NCBI GenBank assembly: GCA_030390025.1
Contig: CM059427.1
Span: 196,726,001-196,790,000, forward strand
DNA length: 64,000 nucleotides
Direction of reading: 5' to 3'
Origin: Squalus acanthias
Taxonomy: Eukaryota
In this document: piece after piece, positions 49,553 through 61,946 of the stretch
How positions within the stretch are numbered: position 1 is the stretch's first letter
Layout: each line of letters opens with the position of its first letter
The notes under the pieces: generated by a model
Seen by the model: only the letters and a program-made list of their open reading frames with translations
What the model was told of the DNA's origin: nothing
The model's database searches: none
Translations under genes and position numbers: made by a program

Positions 49553-49584
49553 TTCCAGCACAAAGCATCCCAATTGTTTCAGCG

Positions 49585-49980
49585 CGACGGCTTGGTTCGA
49601 TAATTCCTTCGAATTAATTTACTAATTTTCCTTGTGCTAGTAGCAGTTTACCGAAAATACCTGTGGGTTTACGAATCTTGAGATTGCTTTCGTGCCGATC
49701 TCCTTATTTCTGCGAAAAATCACCAGAGGTTCGAATGCAAAGCTGCTCACAATGCTCACGGTCCGTTGTTCAACACTAAACTGTGGCTGAACGTGCGCAA
49801 TGGTGGATGGGAAGGGAAGGGGGCAGTCAGGATCTCCAGTCACATTGCAGCTTCTGATTGGTGGATGGAGCATAATCACAAACATCCAATCAGGCGTCCG
49901 AGCATTTCTTAAAGCTGATATGTCGGGAAAACCGCGGCGTCGATTTGACATTTATGGTTGTTCAACCATAAATGCAACTA
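49585..49980 (-). promoter_or_regulatory. V6 promoter (CCAAT pair 49857/49886)
   Basis: Near copy of the V4 promoter. Confidence 0.8.
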
Positions 49981-50282
49981 AACAGTGTTTGCTAAAAGTT
50001 TTATGGATTACATGTCTCTGCTAATATAGCCTTTAATGTCAGCATATAGCCTATATAATTAGGTTAATATATCTGGAAAATCTTTAAATACGCTTCTTTT
50101 CGTGCATCATAACTGAGGAGTTGTTATAACCTAAAATGGACTGCTAGAATCTAAATTCAAATATATCAAATCCAATTTAATCTTCTTGTTGGCAACTCCA
50201 GTGCACTTCATTTTAATGCCAACTTAATAGATCCGATATCAATATTTCTGACGTAACAACTTTTCTGAAATGTTATTATAGA

Positions 50283-51739
50283 CATAAACATAGAAACATA
50301 GAAGATAGGAGCAGCAGTAGGCCATTCGACCCCTCGAGCCTGCTCTGCCATTCGATGAGATCATGGCTGATCATCCAAACTCAGTACCCTGTACCTGCCT
50401 TCTCCCCATATCCCTTGATACCTTTAGCTTTAAGAAATATATCTAACTCATTCTTGAATATATTTAATGACTTGGCCTCAACCACCTTCTGTGGTAGAGA
50501 ATTCCACAGGTTCACCACTCTCTGGGTGAAGAAATTCTTCCTCATTTCTGTCCTAAATGGCTTACCCCTTATCCTTAGATTATGACACCTGGTTCTGGAC
50601 TCTCCGACCATCGGGAACATTCTTCCTGCATCTAGTTTGTCCAGACCTGTCAGAATTTTATATGTTTCGATGAGATCTCCTCTCATTCTTCTATACTCCA
50701 GCGAGTATAAGCCCAATCGACCCAATCTCTCCTCATATGTCATTCCTGCCATCCCAGGTATCAGCCTTGTGAATCTTCGCTGAACTCCTTCCATGGCAAG
50801 AACATCCTTCCTCAGATAAGGCGACCAAAACTGCACACAGTACTCAAGGTGTGGTCTCACCAAGGCCCTGTACAACTGCAGCAGGACATCCCTGTTCCTA
50901 TACTCAAACCCTTTCGCTATGAAGGCCAACATACCATTTGCCTTCTTCACCGACTGCTGCACCTGCATGCTTACCTTCAGTGACTGTTGCACACGGACAC
51001 CCAGGTCTCGTTGCACTTCCCCTTCTCCCAATCTATTGCCATTCAGATAATGGTCTGCCTTTCTGTTTTTGACACCAAAGTGGATAACCTCGCATTTATC
51101 CACGTTATATTGCATCTGCCACGCTCTGCCCACTCACCCAACCTGTCCAAATCATCCTGGAGTTTCTCGGTATCCTCCTCGCAGCACACACTCCCACCCA
51201 GCTTTGTGTCATCTGCAAACTTGGAGATATTACATTTAGTTCCCTTATCTAGATTATTAATGTATATTGTGAATAGCTGGGGTCCAAGGACCGATCCCTG
51301 CGGTACCCCACTAGTCACTGCTTGCCACTCAGAAAAAGACCCATTAATTCCTACTCTCTGCTTTCTGTCCGCCAACCAGTTCTCTATCCAAGTCAATACC
51401 TTGCCCCCAATCCCATGTGCCTTAACTTTACACGCTAATCTCTTATGCGGGACCTTATCGAAAGCCTTTTGAAAGTCCAAATACACCACATCTACTGGTT
51501 CTCCCTTATCTATTTTCCCAGTTGCATCCTCAAAAAATTCCAGTAGATTAGTCAAGCACGATTTACCTTTTGTAAATCCATGTTGACTTTGTCCAATCCT
51601 GTTACTGTTTTTCAAGTGCTCAGCTATTACATCCTTTATAATGGACTCTAGCATTTTCCCCACTACCGATGTCAGGCTTACCGGTCTGTAATTCCCCGCT
51701 TTCTCTCTACCACCCTTTTTGAATAGTGGGGTAACATTA
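50283..51739 (-). mobile_element. CR1-clade LINE, 5'-truncated, one frameshift near 51125
   Basis: ORFs 51043..51789 and 50381..51133 with RT motifs; (ctatgttt)n-type tail. Confidence 0.93.
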
Positions 51740-51814
51740 TCATGACGAACTCCCTTTACCACATAATAATAAGGTAGAACAGCTAGCACAACTAATGCTT
51801 ACACATACAAAACA

Positions 51815-52088
51815 TTAAAATTAGAGCTAGGCCATTTAGGAGGGAAAGCAAGAAGCACTTTACCACGCAAGTGGTAGTACACATCTGGAATTCTCTTCAC
51901 CAAAGGGCTATGGATGCTCCGACAATTGGAGCATTTAAGACTGATATCGATGGATTTTTGTTAGGTAAGGGTATCAAGGGATATGGAGCTCAGGTGTTTA
52001 AATGGAGTTGAGGTGCAGATTATCAATGGTCTAATTGAATGCCGGAGCTGGCTCGAGGGGCTGAATGGCCTACTCCCGTTCCTATGTT
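51815..52088 (+). mobile_element. Short CR1 3' end
   Basis: ggctcgaggggctgaatggcctactcccgttcctatgtt tail. Confidence 0.75.
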
Positions 52089-52091
52089 CCT

Positions 52092-52960
52092 AGCTCACTC
52101 ACTCTATCAGAAGGATGGCTGTTGAAAAAGTACACTATAATTCCATTGGCACAATCGTTCAGTCAGTAGCATTATAAACAGACTGGGTAAATATAGACAC
52201 CATGTTATTGGCACCCAGTCTTGCCTGAATTTCTAAGCAGACCCAAGTTTGTTAGGGATGCCAACATATTTGGCGATTCGGCCTAACATGTGTGTCTATT
52301 ATTTTTTCTTTGTCCAGGAGTTTTCTAGTAGAAACATAGACAACTTTCCTTCGCCAGTCCGAGCTTGTGTCCCTAGAATGAAATAATCATTCAGAACAAA
52401 TACGTAGGGAGTTGTTTCCAATGTCCAGAACTTCCACACACTCAAGGGCGAGGTGCGCCTCTGCTGTAACTGCATGTTAGATTTCCGGATTGAACTGACC
52501 CTTTGGAAATCTCGGATTATTGTTATTTACATCCAGAATATTCACATCAGTTCAGTAGTGACGTGTGTGTGTGTGTGTGTGTGTGGTGGGGGGGGGGGGG
52601 GGGGGTGGTGGTGGGGGGTGGTTGGGGTGGAGTTGTGGGCTTTAGTCTCACACCCGCAATATGCCATTGATGCTCTGCCCAAAAGCAATTAATCACAAAC
52701 AAAATTCCATTGTTTAAATTTATGTGCAAATAAAGTTTTTCCGAACCAGGCACAATCCGAAAAATGTGAGCCGAGAGTTGTTACGCATCTAAACCTAAAT
52801 CGACCGCAATATTTCAAACGAATGCATCCAGTTGTAGCTCTTCAGGAATCGAATAGCAATTCTGTTCATAAACTAAGTAGCAGCAAAGCAGCATGAACCA
52901 TAGCAGTTGTCATTTTAGTAAAGCATTTATTTTAAACTATTCAATTTCCAATAAAAAGCT
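52092..52960 (-). pseudogene. Pcdh relic psi-D (signal to EC3, internally deleted)
   Basis: cagttgtagctcttcaggaatcgaatag (YSIPEELQL), INLNNGILF and EC2/EC3 remnants; ATG mutated; microsatellite inside EC1. Confidence 0.85.
52563..52632. repeat. (GT)n plus G-rich low-complexity tract inside psi-D
   Basis: Direct observation; the paralogous site near 57150 has only a short G-rich stretch. Confidence 0.9.
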
Positions 52961-52997
52961 TTCCAAATGCTTCGGTACAGTAGCCACCATTCAGTCC

Positions 52998-53600
52998 TTC
53001 TTTCGTATTTCAGCTTGCAAAGCAACATTAAATGTCGGCGTTCAAGGTCTCCATGCACTCTGTGACCTCTGGTGCTACGAATACATTCCTCCGATGAAGG
53101 ATCTTAGTGAGCAATGGTTCACAAGACGCTCCCATGTTTTGGATAGTCTCTCCATCGTCACATATCAAACTATCCTTCATCTTCTAATTATGTAGCAGGT
53201 GGATAAAGCGTCCATATGAAGTATCATGCAGTTCGGAGTGATCCATATTTTACGTGGCATTGTGAAACCAGGATGTTGATCCACAGGGATAATGATCAGC
53301 TCCTGAGTTTTAACCCACTGGTTTCTCACATCATTCGCCACTTGTATTTCGGTGACAGTTCTGAGGTTTTGTGAGTTTCAGCCAATCCCCAGAAGGGGTT
53401 CTTGGACTTAAGGTGGCATCTCGAGACCTTCTGGAGGTCTTCATTAATGGGTAGATATTAGTTTTCCAGGGCCCGATTGTATTCTCTGATTATTGCTACT
53501 TCTCTTGTGAGGGGGGTGGTAAGATATGTCCGATGATAGGGAGCCAGATTGTCGGTGTTGGTCTGATAAATCTCATAGTGCTTCTCAGTTGCACACCAAA
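52998..53600 (-). mobile_element. Non-LTR retrotransposon 3' relic (RTE-X/I-like)
   Basis: Paralogous to 57532-58125. Confidence 0.6.
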
Positions 53601-53649
53601 AAGGGTTGTATGCACAGTTCCTGCCTGTTATAACGTTCTGATATTCCTT

Positions 53650-54375
53650 GCAATAAAGTTCATGTCCGAATTTTGCCTCGAGGAACTACATAGTTTTAAA
53701 TACCTATATTTTTAAATGCTGAAATTATTATTTCTGTCATTTTTTCATTACATAATATTCATTGTCAAAAAGACTAATGTAACATTGCACAACTCGCCAT
53801 GTAGTTTTAGAATGTATTGTGTAATGGCAAAAGGGCGTTGTCATGATCTCCAGTCACATTTCAGCTTGTGAGTCAGAAGGTTGTGGGTTCAAGCCCCACT
53901 CCAGAGACTTGAGCACAAAAATCCATGCTGACACTCCCAGTGCAGTACTGAGGGAATGCTGCACTGTCAGAGGTGCTGTCTTTCGGATGAGACGTTAAAC
54001 CGAGGCCCCGTCTGCCCTCTCAAGAAGAGCAGGGGTGTTCTCCCCAGTCCTGGCCAATATTTATCCCTCAATCAACATCACAATAAACAGATTATCTGTT
54101 CATTATCACATTGCTGTTTGTGGGAGCTTGCTGTGCGCAAATTGGCTGCCGCATTTCCTACATTACAACAGTGACTACACTTCAAAAGTACTTTTGAGAT
54201 GTCCTGAGGTCTTTAAAGGCGCTATGTTAATACAAGTCTTTTCTTTTTTTCTTTCTTGTCTTTAGTGTAAACAAATACTCTCAAATTAAATCAATTACTA
54301 TACTTAACATATCTTAAAGTTAGAGAGTCTTTGCAAAACTTTATCCAAATTTGTTCTCGTTTTTGAAAATTTCAA
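53650..54375 (-). pseudogene. Decayed promoter of psi-D, interrupted by a SINE
   Basis: actcgccatgtagtttt and gatctccagtcaca, then SINE, then ctttagtg..cttaaag. Confidence 0.7.
53870..54254 (+). mobile_element. SacSINE1-like SINE inserted in the psi-D promoter, TSD cttgt
   Basis: cttgt at 53865-53869 and 54255-54259; empty site cagcttgtctttagtg near 58385. Confidence 0.87.
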
Positions 54376-54659
54376 GCATTCTTTGATTTTATTATTTTAG
54401 AGCTTTCCGTTCCTGTACTAAGCTGTTTGTCAAAATAGTCTTACAGAAATTTTCCAAGAGTCACCTTTAAAGCACCCACTGCAAGCATACATTTTATATA
54501 TACATATCTTCATTCATTCTGCACTTATCAGTCAACCCAATTCCTTACATTAGTGCTCTGCTGGTTACATCTAAAATCATTTTAAAATTATGCTTGGCGT
54601 CATAGTTGTTCCATGACACTGAACAGTTGGAACACTGCTTGCTGCAGATGATACCAATA

Positions 54660-54960
54660 TTAGGCAAGTCTTGACACAGTGAATTAGCACATTGCCTATT
54701 TGGATATAGATGTTACTCCAAACGTTATTGTTGGGACGAATGTCTTTCGTCTCTTCAAGATACCAGAAATTGATGTGAAATGAGTTTGGGCAGACTAAGC
54801 ACAGTTACCAGTGGGCGTAAACCGACTGCACAATGCTGTCACTAATTTGGCACTCATTTGATAACCTCACTCAGAGGGACCAAGGCTAGTGTGTTAATGT
54901 GAAATAGCACACTGGTGCGATGGGCAAATGCTTTGAAGTTGAGATAAGTCACCTAATGAA
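54660..54960 (+). mobile_element. LF-SINE-like relic
   Basis: Same blocks as the 34048 copy. Confidence 0.55.
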
Positions 54961-55539
54961 ACAAACAAGAGGAGCTTTATTTAAACTGTGCTATGTCTGA
55001 TCTAGGACTGCTTCACAGTGGAAATTGCTTGAAATGGAAAATTATTCAATTCTCCAATGATAACATTACATTGCACCCTTCACACAAAATCATCTATAAC
55101 GTTCAAATTAAATACTATTATTTGTATTTCTTTCGGAATTCAATACCAAACTTTAGTAAATATATTTGTTACTACTTCTGCCAACATCAAACACGATACC
55201 AGTACTGCACTATAAACCTAGTATAATTAGCAATTTACGAATATTTGCAAATCCATCCTTACCTGTGCTCTATGGCAGTAATGCTCTTAATCACTACTTT
55301 TCCCTACTACTACCGGCTTTTTTATGTAGTAGTGTAACACAATAGAGCCAGCTCATGTGAGGGCAGGATCCTATGGTGCAGATAAGCCATTTAAAGAATT
55401 CGTAAAAGTAACTGTGAATGAATACAAACGCATCTTTGGGACAACAGAATATTCATCCCAAAAAAGCCTGCTGTCGGATAAGTGGCCCTTCTCTCACTAC
55501 TGGACTCAAACCTTCCTTCCTATCCCCGTAATTCTCTAG

Positions 55540-56418
55540 AGACACTAAATTATGTGGCACAGTAAATAGTGTAAATGGGTGCAGAAATTTGCAACGGATA
55601 TTGATAGATTAAGTGAGTGGGCAAAACTGTGGCAGATGGAGTTCAATGTGTTAAACTGTGAGGTCATCTACTATGGACATATGAAAGATAGATCAAAGTA
55701 TTTTCTAAACGGCTGGAACTTAGGAACGGTGGATGAGCAGAAAGATTTCGGGGTCCCAGTACAGATATCATTAAAAGCTAGTACAGCTACACAAATTAAT
55801 TTAAAGGCTAATGGAATGTTGGCCTTTATCTCAAGAGGGCTGGAATACAAAGGGGGCGAAGTTACATTGCAGCTGTACAGATCTCTGGTTAGACCCCATC
55901 TGGAGTGCTGCCTTCAGTTCTGGGCAAGGCTATATTGTCCTTGGAGTGGGTACAGCGCAGATTGACCAGAATATATTGGGTCTAAAAGGGTTAAGTTATG
56001 AGGGGAAATTGTATAGGCTAGTCTTGTATTCAATTGAATATAGAAGATTAAGATGTGATCTAATTGAAGTGTTTAAGACGGTTAAAGTGTTTGATAGAGT
56101 AGATAGCGAGACACTATTTACCTGGTGGGAGAGTCCAGAACAAGGGGCATAACTTGAAAAAATAGAGTTAGTCTATTCAAGGGTGATGGCAGAAAGCACT
56201 TCCGAACACAAAGGCTATAGGAAATCAGGAACTCTCTCCCCAAAAAGCTTTTGAGGATGATCAATTGAAAATTTCAAAACTGAGATTGATATCATTTAGT
56301 TATGCAAGGGAATTGAGAGTTATGGAACCAAGGCGGGTAAATGGAGCTAAGATGTCGAACAGACACATTCTAATTGAATGGCGGTACAGGCCGAGGTGCC
56401 TCCTCCTGCTCCTATGTC
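55540..56418 (+). mobile_element. Old CR1 3' fragment (duplicate)
   Basis: ORF 55579..55965 DIDRLSEWAKLWQMEFNV..VRPHLEC. Confidence 0.87.
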
Positions 56419-56924
56419 CATCACACCTTTTCTATCAACTTTATACATAGTACTGTGCTTATTATAGAGCTCTGATATTTTTCTTGCTTCTCTGAAACTT
56501 CAAGTATCTAACGGCCACTCGTTCTTCTTCCCGAATTCATGTCAGTTGCATCGTCTCCGATTCTAACTCATTCTCACGCATAACTTCAGAAATGTCTTGA
56601 TTCTTTCAATCTCTTTGCTATTGCAAACTACGATAACCCAACCTTGGCGCCGTTTAGCCAATATTTGACTGTCCTCATATTTTCGACTATACTTTTTACT
56701 TTGTTGCTGTTCTACACTATCGCCTTGAAGCTTCACCTCGAATTCTCAGTTTAAAATTCGAATAGTGCCTTGTTTAGGCGCAACTATTATGAACAGAAAT
56801 AGCAAAATAAGTTCGGATGTGTGACTATTACTCATATCTGCCATTTCTCTGCCATCAATTAAAACACAGAACATTGTGCTTCAATACTTCAGCGGATGTC
56901 TTTACATCCAAATCAAACTTTAGA

Positions 56925-57500
56925 GTAGAAACACAGACAACTTCCCATCGCCACTCCGGGCTTGTGTCTCTAGGATAAAATATTCGTTCAAAACGAGCAC
57001 GTAGGGAGTCGTTTCCAACGTCCAGAACTTGCACACACTCAAGCGTGAAGCATAACCCTGGTGCAAGTACCTGTGAGATTTCCAGATGGATCTGATTCTT
57101 TTGTGAATCTCGGAGAAATGTCATTTACATTCAAATGATCCACATCAGTTCGGTAGGGGCTGGGGGGCTTTACTCTCAGCCTTTTAATACACTATGCCAT
57201 TGATGCTTTGCCCACAAAGCAATTCCTCACAAACAAAATTCCATTGTTTGAATTTATGGGCAAATAATGTTTTTCCGGACGAGACACAATCCCAAAAATG
57301 CGAGCCGAGAGTTCTACCGCATCTGAACCTAAATCGAGCGCAATATTTCTGATGAATACACCCAGCTGTAGATCTTCAGGAATCGAATAACGATTCTGTT
57401 CATAAACTAAGTAGCAGCAAAGGTGCATAAACCATCACAGTTGTCATTTTAGCAATGCCCTTATTTTAGACTATTCAATTTCCAATAGAAAGCCTTCCAA
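56925..57500 (-). pseudogene. Pcdh relic psi-E (signal to mid EC2)
   Basis: ORF 57192..57428 NRYSIPEDLQLGVFIRNIALDLG and ORF 56855..57124 HLEISQVLAPG; ATG lost. Confidence 0.88.
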
Positions 57501-57531
57501 ATGCTTTGGTACGGTAGCCACCATTCTGTCC

Positions 57532-58125
57532 TCCACTCGTATTTCAGCTCGCAGAGCAGCTTTAAAAGTCAACGTTCAAGTTTGCCATGCAATCTATGGC
57601 CTCTGGTGGTACCAATACATTCCTCCGAGGAAGAATGTTTGTGAGCAATGGTTCACAAGACGCTCCCATGTTTTGGATATTCTCTCCACAGTCGCACATC
57701 AGACTATCCTTCATCTTCTAATTATGTAGCAAATGGTTACAGCGTCCATAGGAAGTATCATGCAGTTCGGAGTGATCCATATTTTACGTGGCATTGTGAA
57801 GCCCGGATATTGATCCACAGGGATAATGGTCAGCTCTCGATTCTTAATCCCACTGGTTTCCCACATCTTCCGCCTCTTGTACTTCGATGAGATTTCTAAG
57901 GTTTTGAGAGTTTCAGCCAGAAGGGGTTCTTGGACTTGAGGTGGCATTTCGAGACCTTCTGTAGCTCTTCATTAATGGGTAGATCTGCGGTTGCTAGGGC
58001 CCGGCTGTATTCTCTGATTATTGCCACTTATCATCTGAGAGGTGGTGGTAAGATATGCCCGAGGATCGGGAGCCAGACGGTCCCTGTGTGTGTGGTAAGT
58101 CTCATGGCGCTGTTCAGTTGCATGC
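57532..58125 (-). mobile_element. Non-LTR retrotransposon 3' relic (RTE-X/I-like)
   Basis: Reverse strand reads PGFTMPRKIWIT..YGRCNHLLH..MKDS.MCDCGE.IQNM..LVNHC across frameshifts, a C-terminal zinc-knuckle region. Confidence 0.65.
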
Positions 58126-58174
58126 TAACTATATTTTATGTGTACTTTCTGGCAATTACAGCATACCGACATTC

Positions 58175-58510
58175 CTTGGAATAAAGTTCATGGCAGAATT
58201 TCCCCCAGAAGAGCTACCAGGTTTAAAATACTTCGTTAATACTGATGTTCTGTCATTTTCTTCAAGATATTAGATTCATTCACAAAAAACGAATGTAGCT
58301 TTGCGCAACTCGCCATTTAGTTTTGCAATGTATCTAGTAGCGCTTAATGACAAAATATTGTTGTCATGATCTCCAGTCACAGTTCAGCTTGTCTTTAGTG
58401 AAAAGCAGGACTCTGAGATTTAACCAATTATGATACCCAGCATATCTTAAAGCTAGAGTGCCTTTCCAATCCTTTGTCTGAATTTATTGTCGTCTAATCA
58501 AAAATGCAAT
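58175..58510 (-). pseudogene. Decayed promoter of psi-E
   Basis: actcgccatttagttttgcaatg, gatctccagtcaca; one CCAAT left. Confidence 0.7.
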
Positions 58511-58797
58511 CACCCTTTTATTATATTAATTTGGAAGTTTCCATTCCTGTTCTAAACTGTTCTTCATGAAATACCTTACAGTAAATTTTCCAAAAGTAAC
58601 CATAAAAGAACCCACTGCAAATATACATTTTAAGAATATACATCTTAATTAATTCTACACGTATCAGTCAAGCCAATTATTTTCGTTAGTGCTCCTCTGA
58701 TTACATCCACAATAATTTTAACATGATGCTTGAGATGATAGTTATTCTGTGACAGTGAACAGTTGGAACACTGCCTTCTGCTGATGATACCAATATT

Positions 58798-59075
58798 AGG
58801 GAGTAGATGACAAAGTGAAATAACACATTGCCTTTTAGGACATAGACGCTAAGCCAACCTTGATTGTTGGGATGGATGTCTTTCATCTCTTCTAGATGTA
58901 AGAGTTTTATGTGAAATGTGTTTGGGCAGTTACCAGCAGGCGGACAATCCTGTCTCTAATTTAGCACTCCTTTACCAACCTCACTCAGAGGGACCAAATC
59001 TAGTGTGTTAATGTTAAATATCACACTGGTGCAATGGACCGGTGCTTTGAAGATGAGTTTGAGTACCTATACAAA
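58798..59075 (+). mobile_element. LF-SINE-like relic with internal deletions
   Basis: Same blocks as the 34048 copy. Confidence 0.5.
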
Positions 59076-59545
59076 GAAATAAGATGAGCATCACACGGCA
59101 TTTAAACTGTGCTATAGTTGAGCTGGGACTGCTTCACAATGGAATTTGCTTGAAATGGAAACAGATCCATTCTCCAATGCTAACTTCGCTATGCTCCGGG
59201 CATGCAGAATCACCAAATAAGTTCTAATTAAATTGTGTTAATTATATTTCTTTCAGAATTCAATACAAAAGACAGAATAAATATTTGCCACAGTTTCTGC
59301 CAACATCAAATTTCTAAAGCAGTATTGCACTAAATGCCGAGCAGAATCAGCAATGAACTAATAAATGCGAATCCATTCTTATATATGCTTTTGCGGCAGT
59401 TGTGCATTCTGTTTACACTTTTTCTTTCATAATTTCCTAACGTGTTAAATGCAGTAACGTAAAGAATTGTAGTGAGCTCGTGTGAGGTCATGTTCTTATG
59501 ATACAGATAAGCCACTTTAAGAATTTGAAAAAATACTTGTGAACT

Positions 59546-60402
59546 TAAGAACATAAGAAATAGGAGCAGGAGTAGGACATTTGGCTCTTCGAGCTTGCTC
59601 CGCCATTCAATAAGATCATGGCTCATATTCTAACTCATCTCCACTTTCCTGAACTATCCCCCTATCCCTTGATTCCTTTAATATTCAAAAATCTATCTAT
59701 CTCTGTCTTGAATATACTAAACAACTGAGCCTCCACATTCCTCTGGGGTAGAGAATACCAAAGATTCACCACCCTCTGAGTGAAGAAATTTCTCCTCATC
59801 TCAGTCCTAAATAGCTGACCCCTTATTCTGAGACTGTGACCCCTGGTTCTAGACTCCCCAGCCAGGGGAAACATCCTCCCTGCATCTACCCTGTCAAGCC
59901 CTGTGAGAATTTTGTATGTGTCAATGAGATCACCCCTCACTCTTCTAAACTCTAGAGAATATAGGCCTAATCTACTCAATCGGTCCTCATAGGACAATCC
60001 CCCCATCCCAGGTACCAGTCTGGTGAACCTACGTCGCACTCCCTCTATGGCAAGTATATCCTTCCTTAGGTAAGGAGACCAAAACTGTACACAATACTCC
60101 AGATGTGGTCTCACCAGGGCCCTATATAATTGCACTAAGACGTCTTGACTCTTATACTCAAATCCTCTTGTAATAAAGGCCAACATACCATCTGCTTTCA
60201 TAATTGCTTGCTGTACCTGCATGTTAACTTTCAGCGATTCGTGTACAAGGACACCCAGGTCCCTCTGAACAGCAACATTACACAATCTCTCACCATTTAA
60301 CCAAAATACTCTGCTTTTCTATTTTTCCTACCAAAGTGGATAACTTCACATTTCTCCACATTATATTCCATTTGCCATGTTCTTGCCCACTCACTTAGCA
60401 TG
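59546..60402 (-). mobile_element. CR1 3' fragment
   Basis: ORF 59662..60285 RDLGV..VRPHLEYCVQFW..FFTQRVV; CR1 tail. Confidence 0.9.
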
Positions 60403-60524
60403 TACAAACGCATTCTAAGGGACAACACAATAGTCATCCCCAAAAGCCTGTGTCTGATAGGTGATCTTCCTTTCACTATTGGCCTCAAACCAATCGTCGT
60501 CTCTCTATAGTTTGCCTATAGTCA

Positions 60525-61425
60525 TTAATTTAGGTGGCACAGTAAATAGTTTAGATGGGGGCAGAAAGTTGCAAAGGGCCATTGCTAGATAAGTGAGTGG
60601 ATCAAACTGATGCAGATGCAGAATGATATGGGCAAGTTTGAGGTTATCCACTTTGCACCGAAGAAAGAAAGAACAGAGTATTTTCTAACTGACGAGAATC
60701 TAGGAACTGTGGGTGAGCAGAGAGGTTTCGGGGTCCAAGTACAGAAATCAGTAAAAGCTAGGGGACAGGTACAAAAAATAATTTTAAATGTTAATGGAAT
60801 GTTGACCTTTATCTCAAGGCGGCTGGAATACAAAGTGATGGAAGTGAAGCTTCAGTTGTACAGTGCTCTGGTTCGACACCGATCTGGAATACTGCATTCA
60901 GTTCTGGGCACTGTACCTCAGGAAGGATATATTGCCCTTAGAGAGGGTGCAGCACAGCTTTACCAGAATGATACCGGTGCTAATATGTTTGAATTATGAG
61001 AGCAGGTTACTTAGACTTGGCTTGTATTCCCTTGTATATAGAATATTAGGGAGGATCTAACTGAAGTGTTTAAGATGATTAATTGAATTGATCGGGTAGC
61101 TAGAGAGAAACTATCCTCTGACGGGAGAGACCAGAACAAGGGGACTGAACTTTAAAATTAGAGGTAGGTCGTTGGGGGTGATGTCAGAAAGCACTTCTTC
61201 ACCCAAAGGGCACTGGAAATTGGGAACACTGTTCCCCAAAAAGCTGTTGAGGCTGAGGGGTCAGATGAAAATTTCAAACCTGGGATTGAAATATTTTTGT
61301 TCTGCAAGGGTATTAAGGGTTAAGAAACCAAGGCAGGTAGAGGGAGTTAAAATACAGATCCACCATGTTCTAATTCAATGGCGGTACAGGCTCGAGGCGC
61401 TGAATGGCCTCCTCCTGCTCCAATG
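60525..61425 (+). mobile_element. Old CR1 3' fragment (duplicate)
   Basis: ORFs 60610 and 60863 with CR1 RT C-terminal remnants. Confidence 0.85.
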
Positions 61426-61946
61426 GTCATCACACATTTTCTATCAACTTTATGCATAGTACTGTGCTTATTATAGTGCTCTGATATTTAGTTTGCTTCT
61501 CATAAACCTCAAGCATATAACTGCCAAATTCCAGAATTCGGATCAATTGCATTGTCTACTATTATAACCCATTCTGACGCAGAACTTCAAAAGTGTGAAA
61601 TGTCCTGATTCTTTAGACCCTTTGCTAATGCAATCTACGATAACCAAATTTTGGCGTCTTTTAGCTAATATTTGACTTATCTCATATTTTCGCCTGTACT
61701 TTTCACTTTGTTGCTATTCTACACTTTGATTCTTGAGACGCCACATTGACTTCTAAACTTAAAACCCGAAGGTACTTTGTGCAGGCTTAACTATTTTGAA
61801 CAGAAATAGAAAAATAAGTTCACATGTGGGACGATTACTCATATTTGCCATATCTGTGCCATCGACTAGACAAAGATGGAATCTTGTGCTACAATACTTC
61901 ACCCAAATGAAACTTGAAAGTATTTTAGTTTTCAGAAGTTCCTCAC

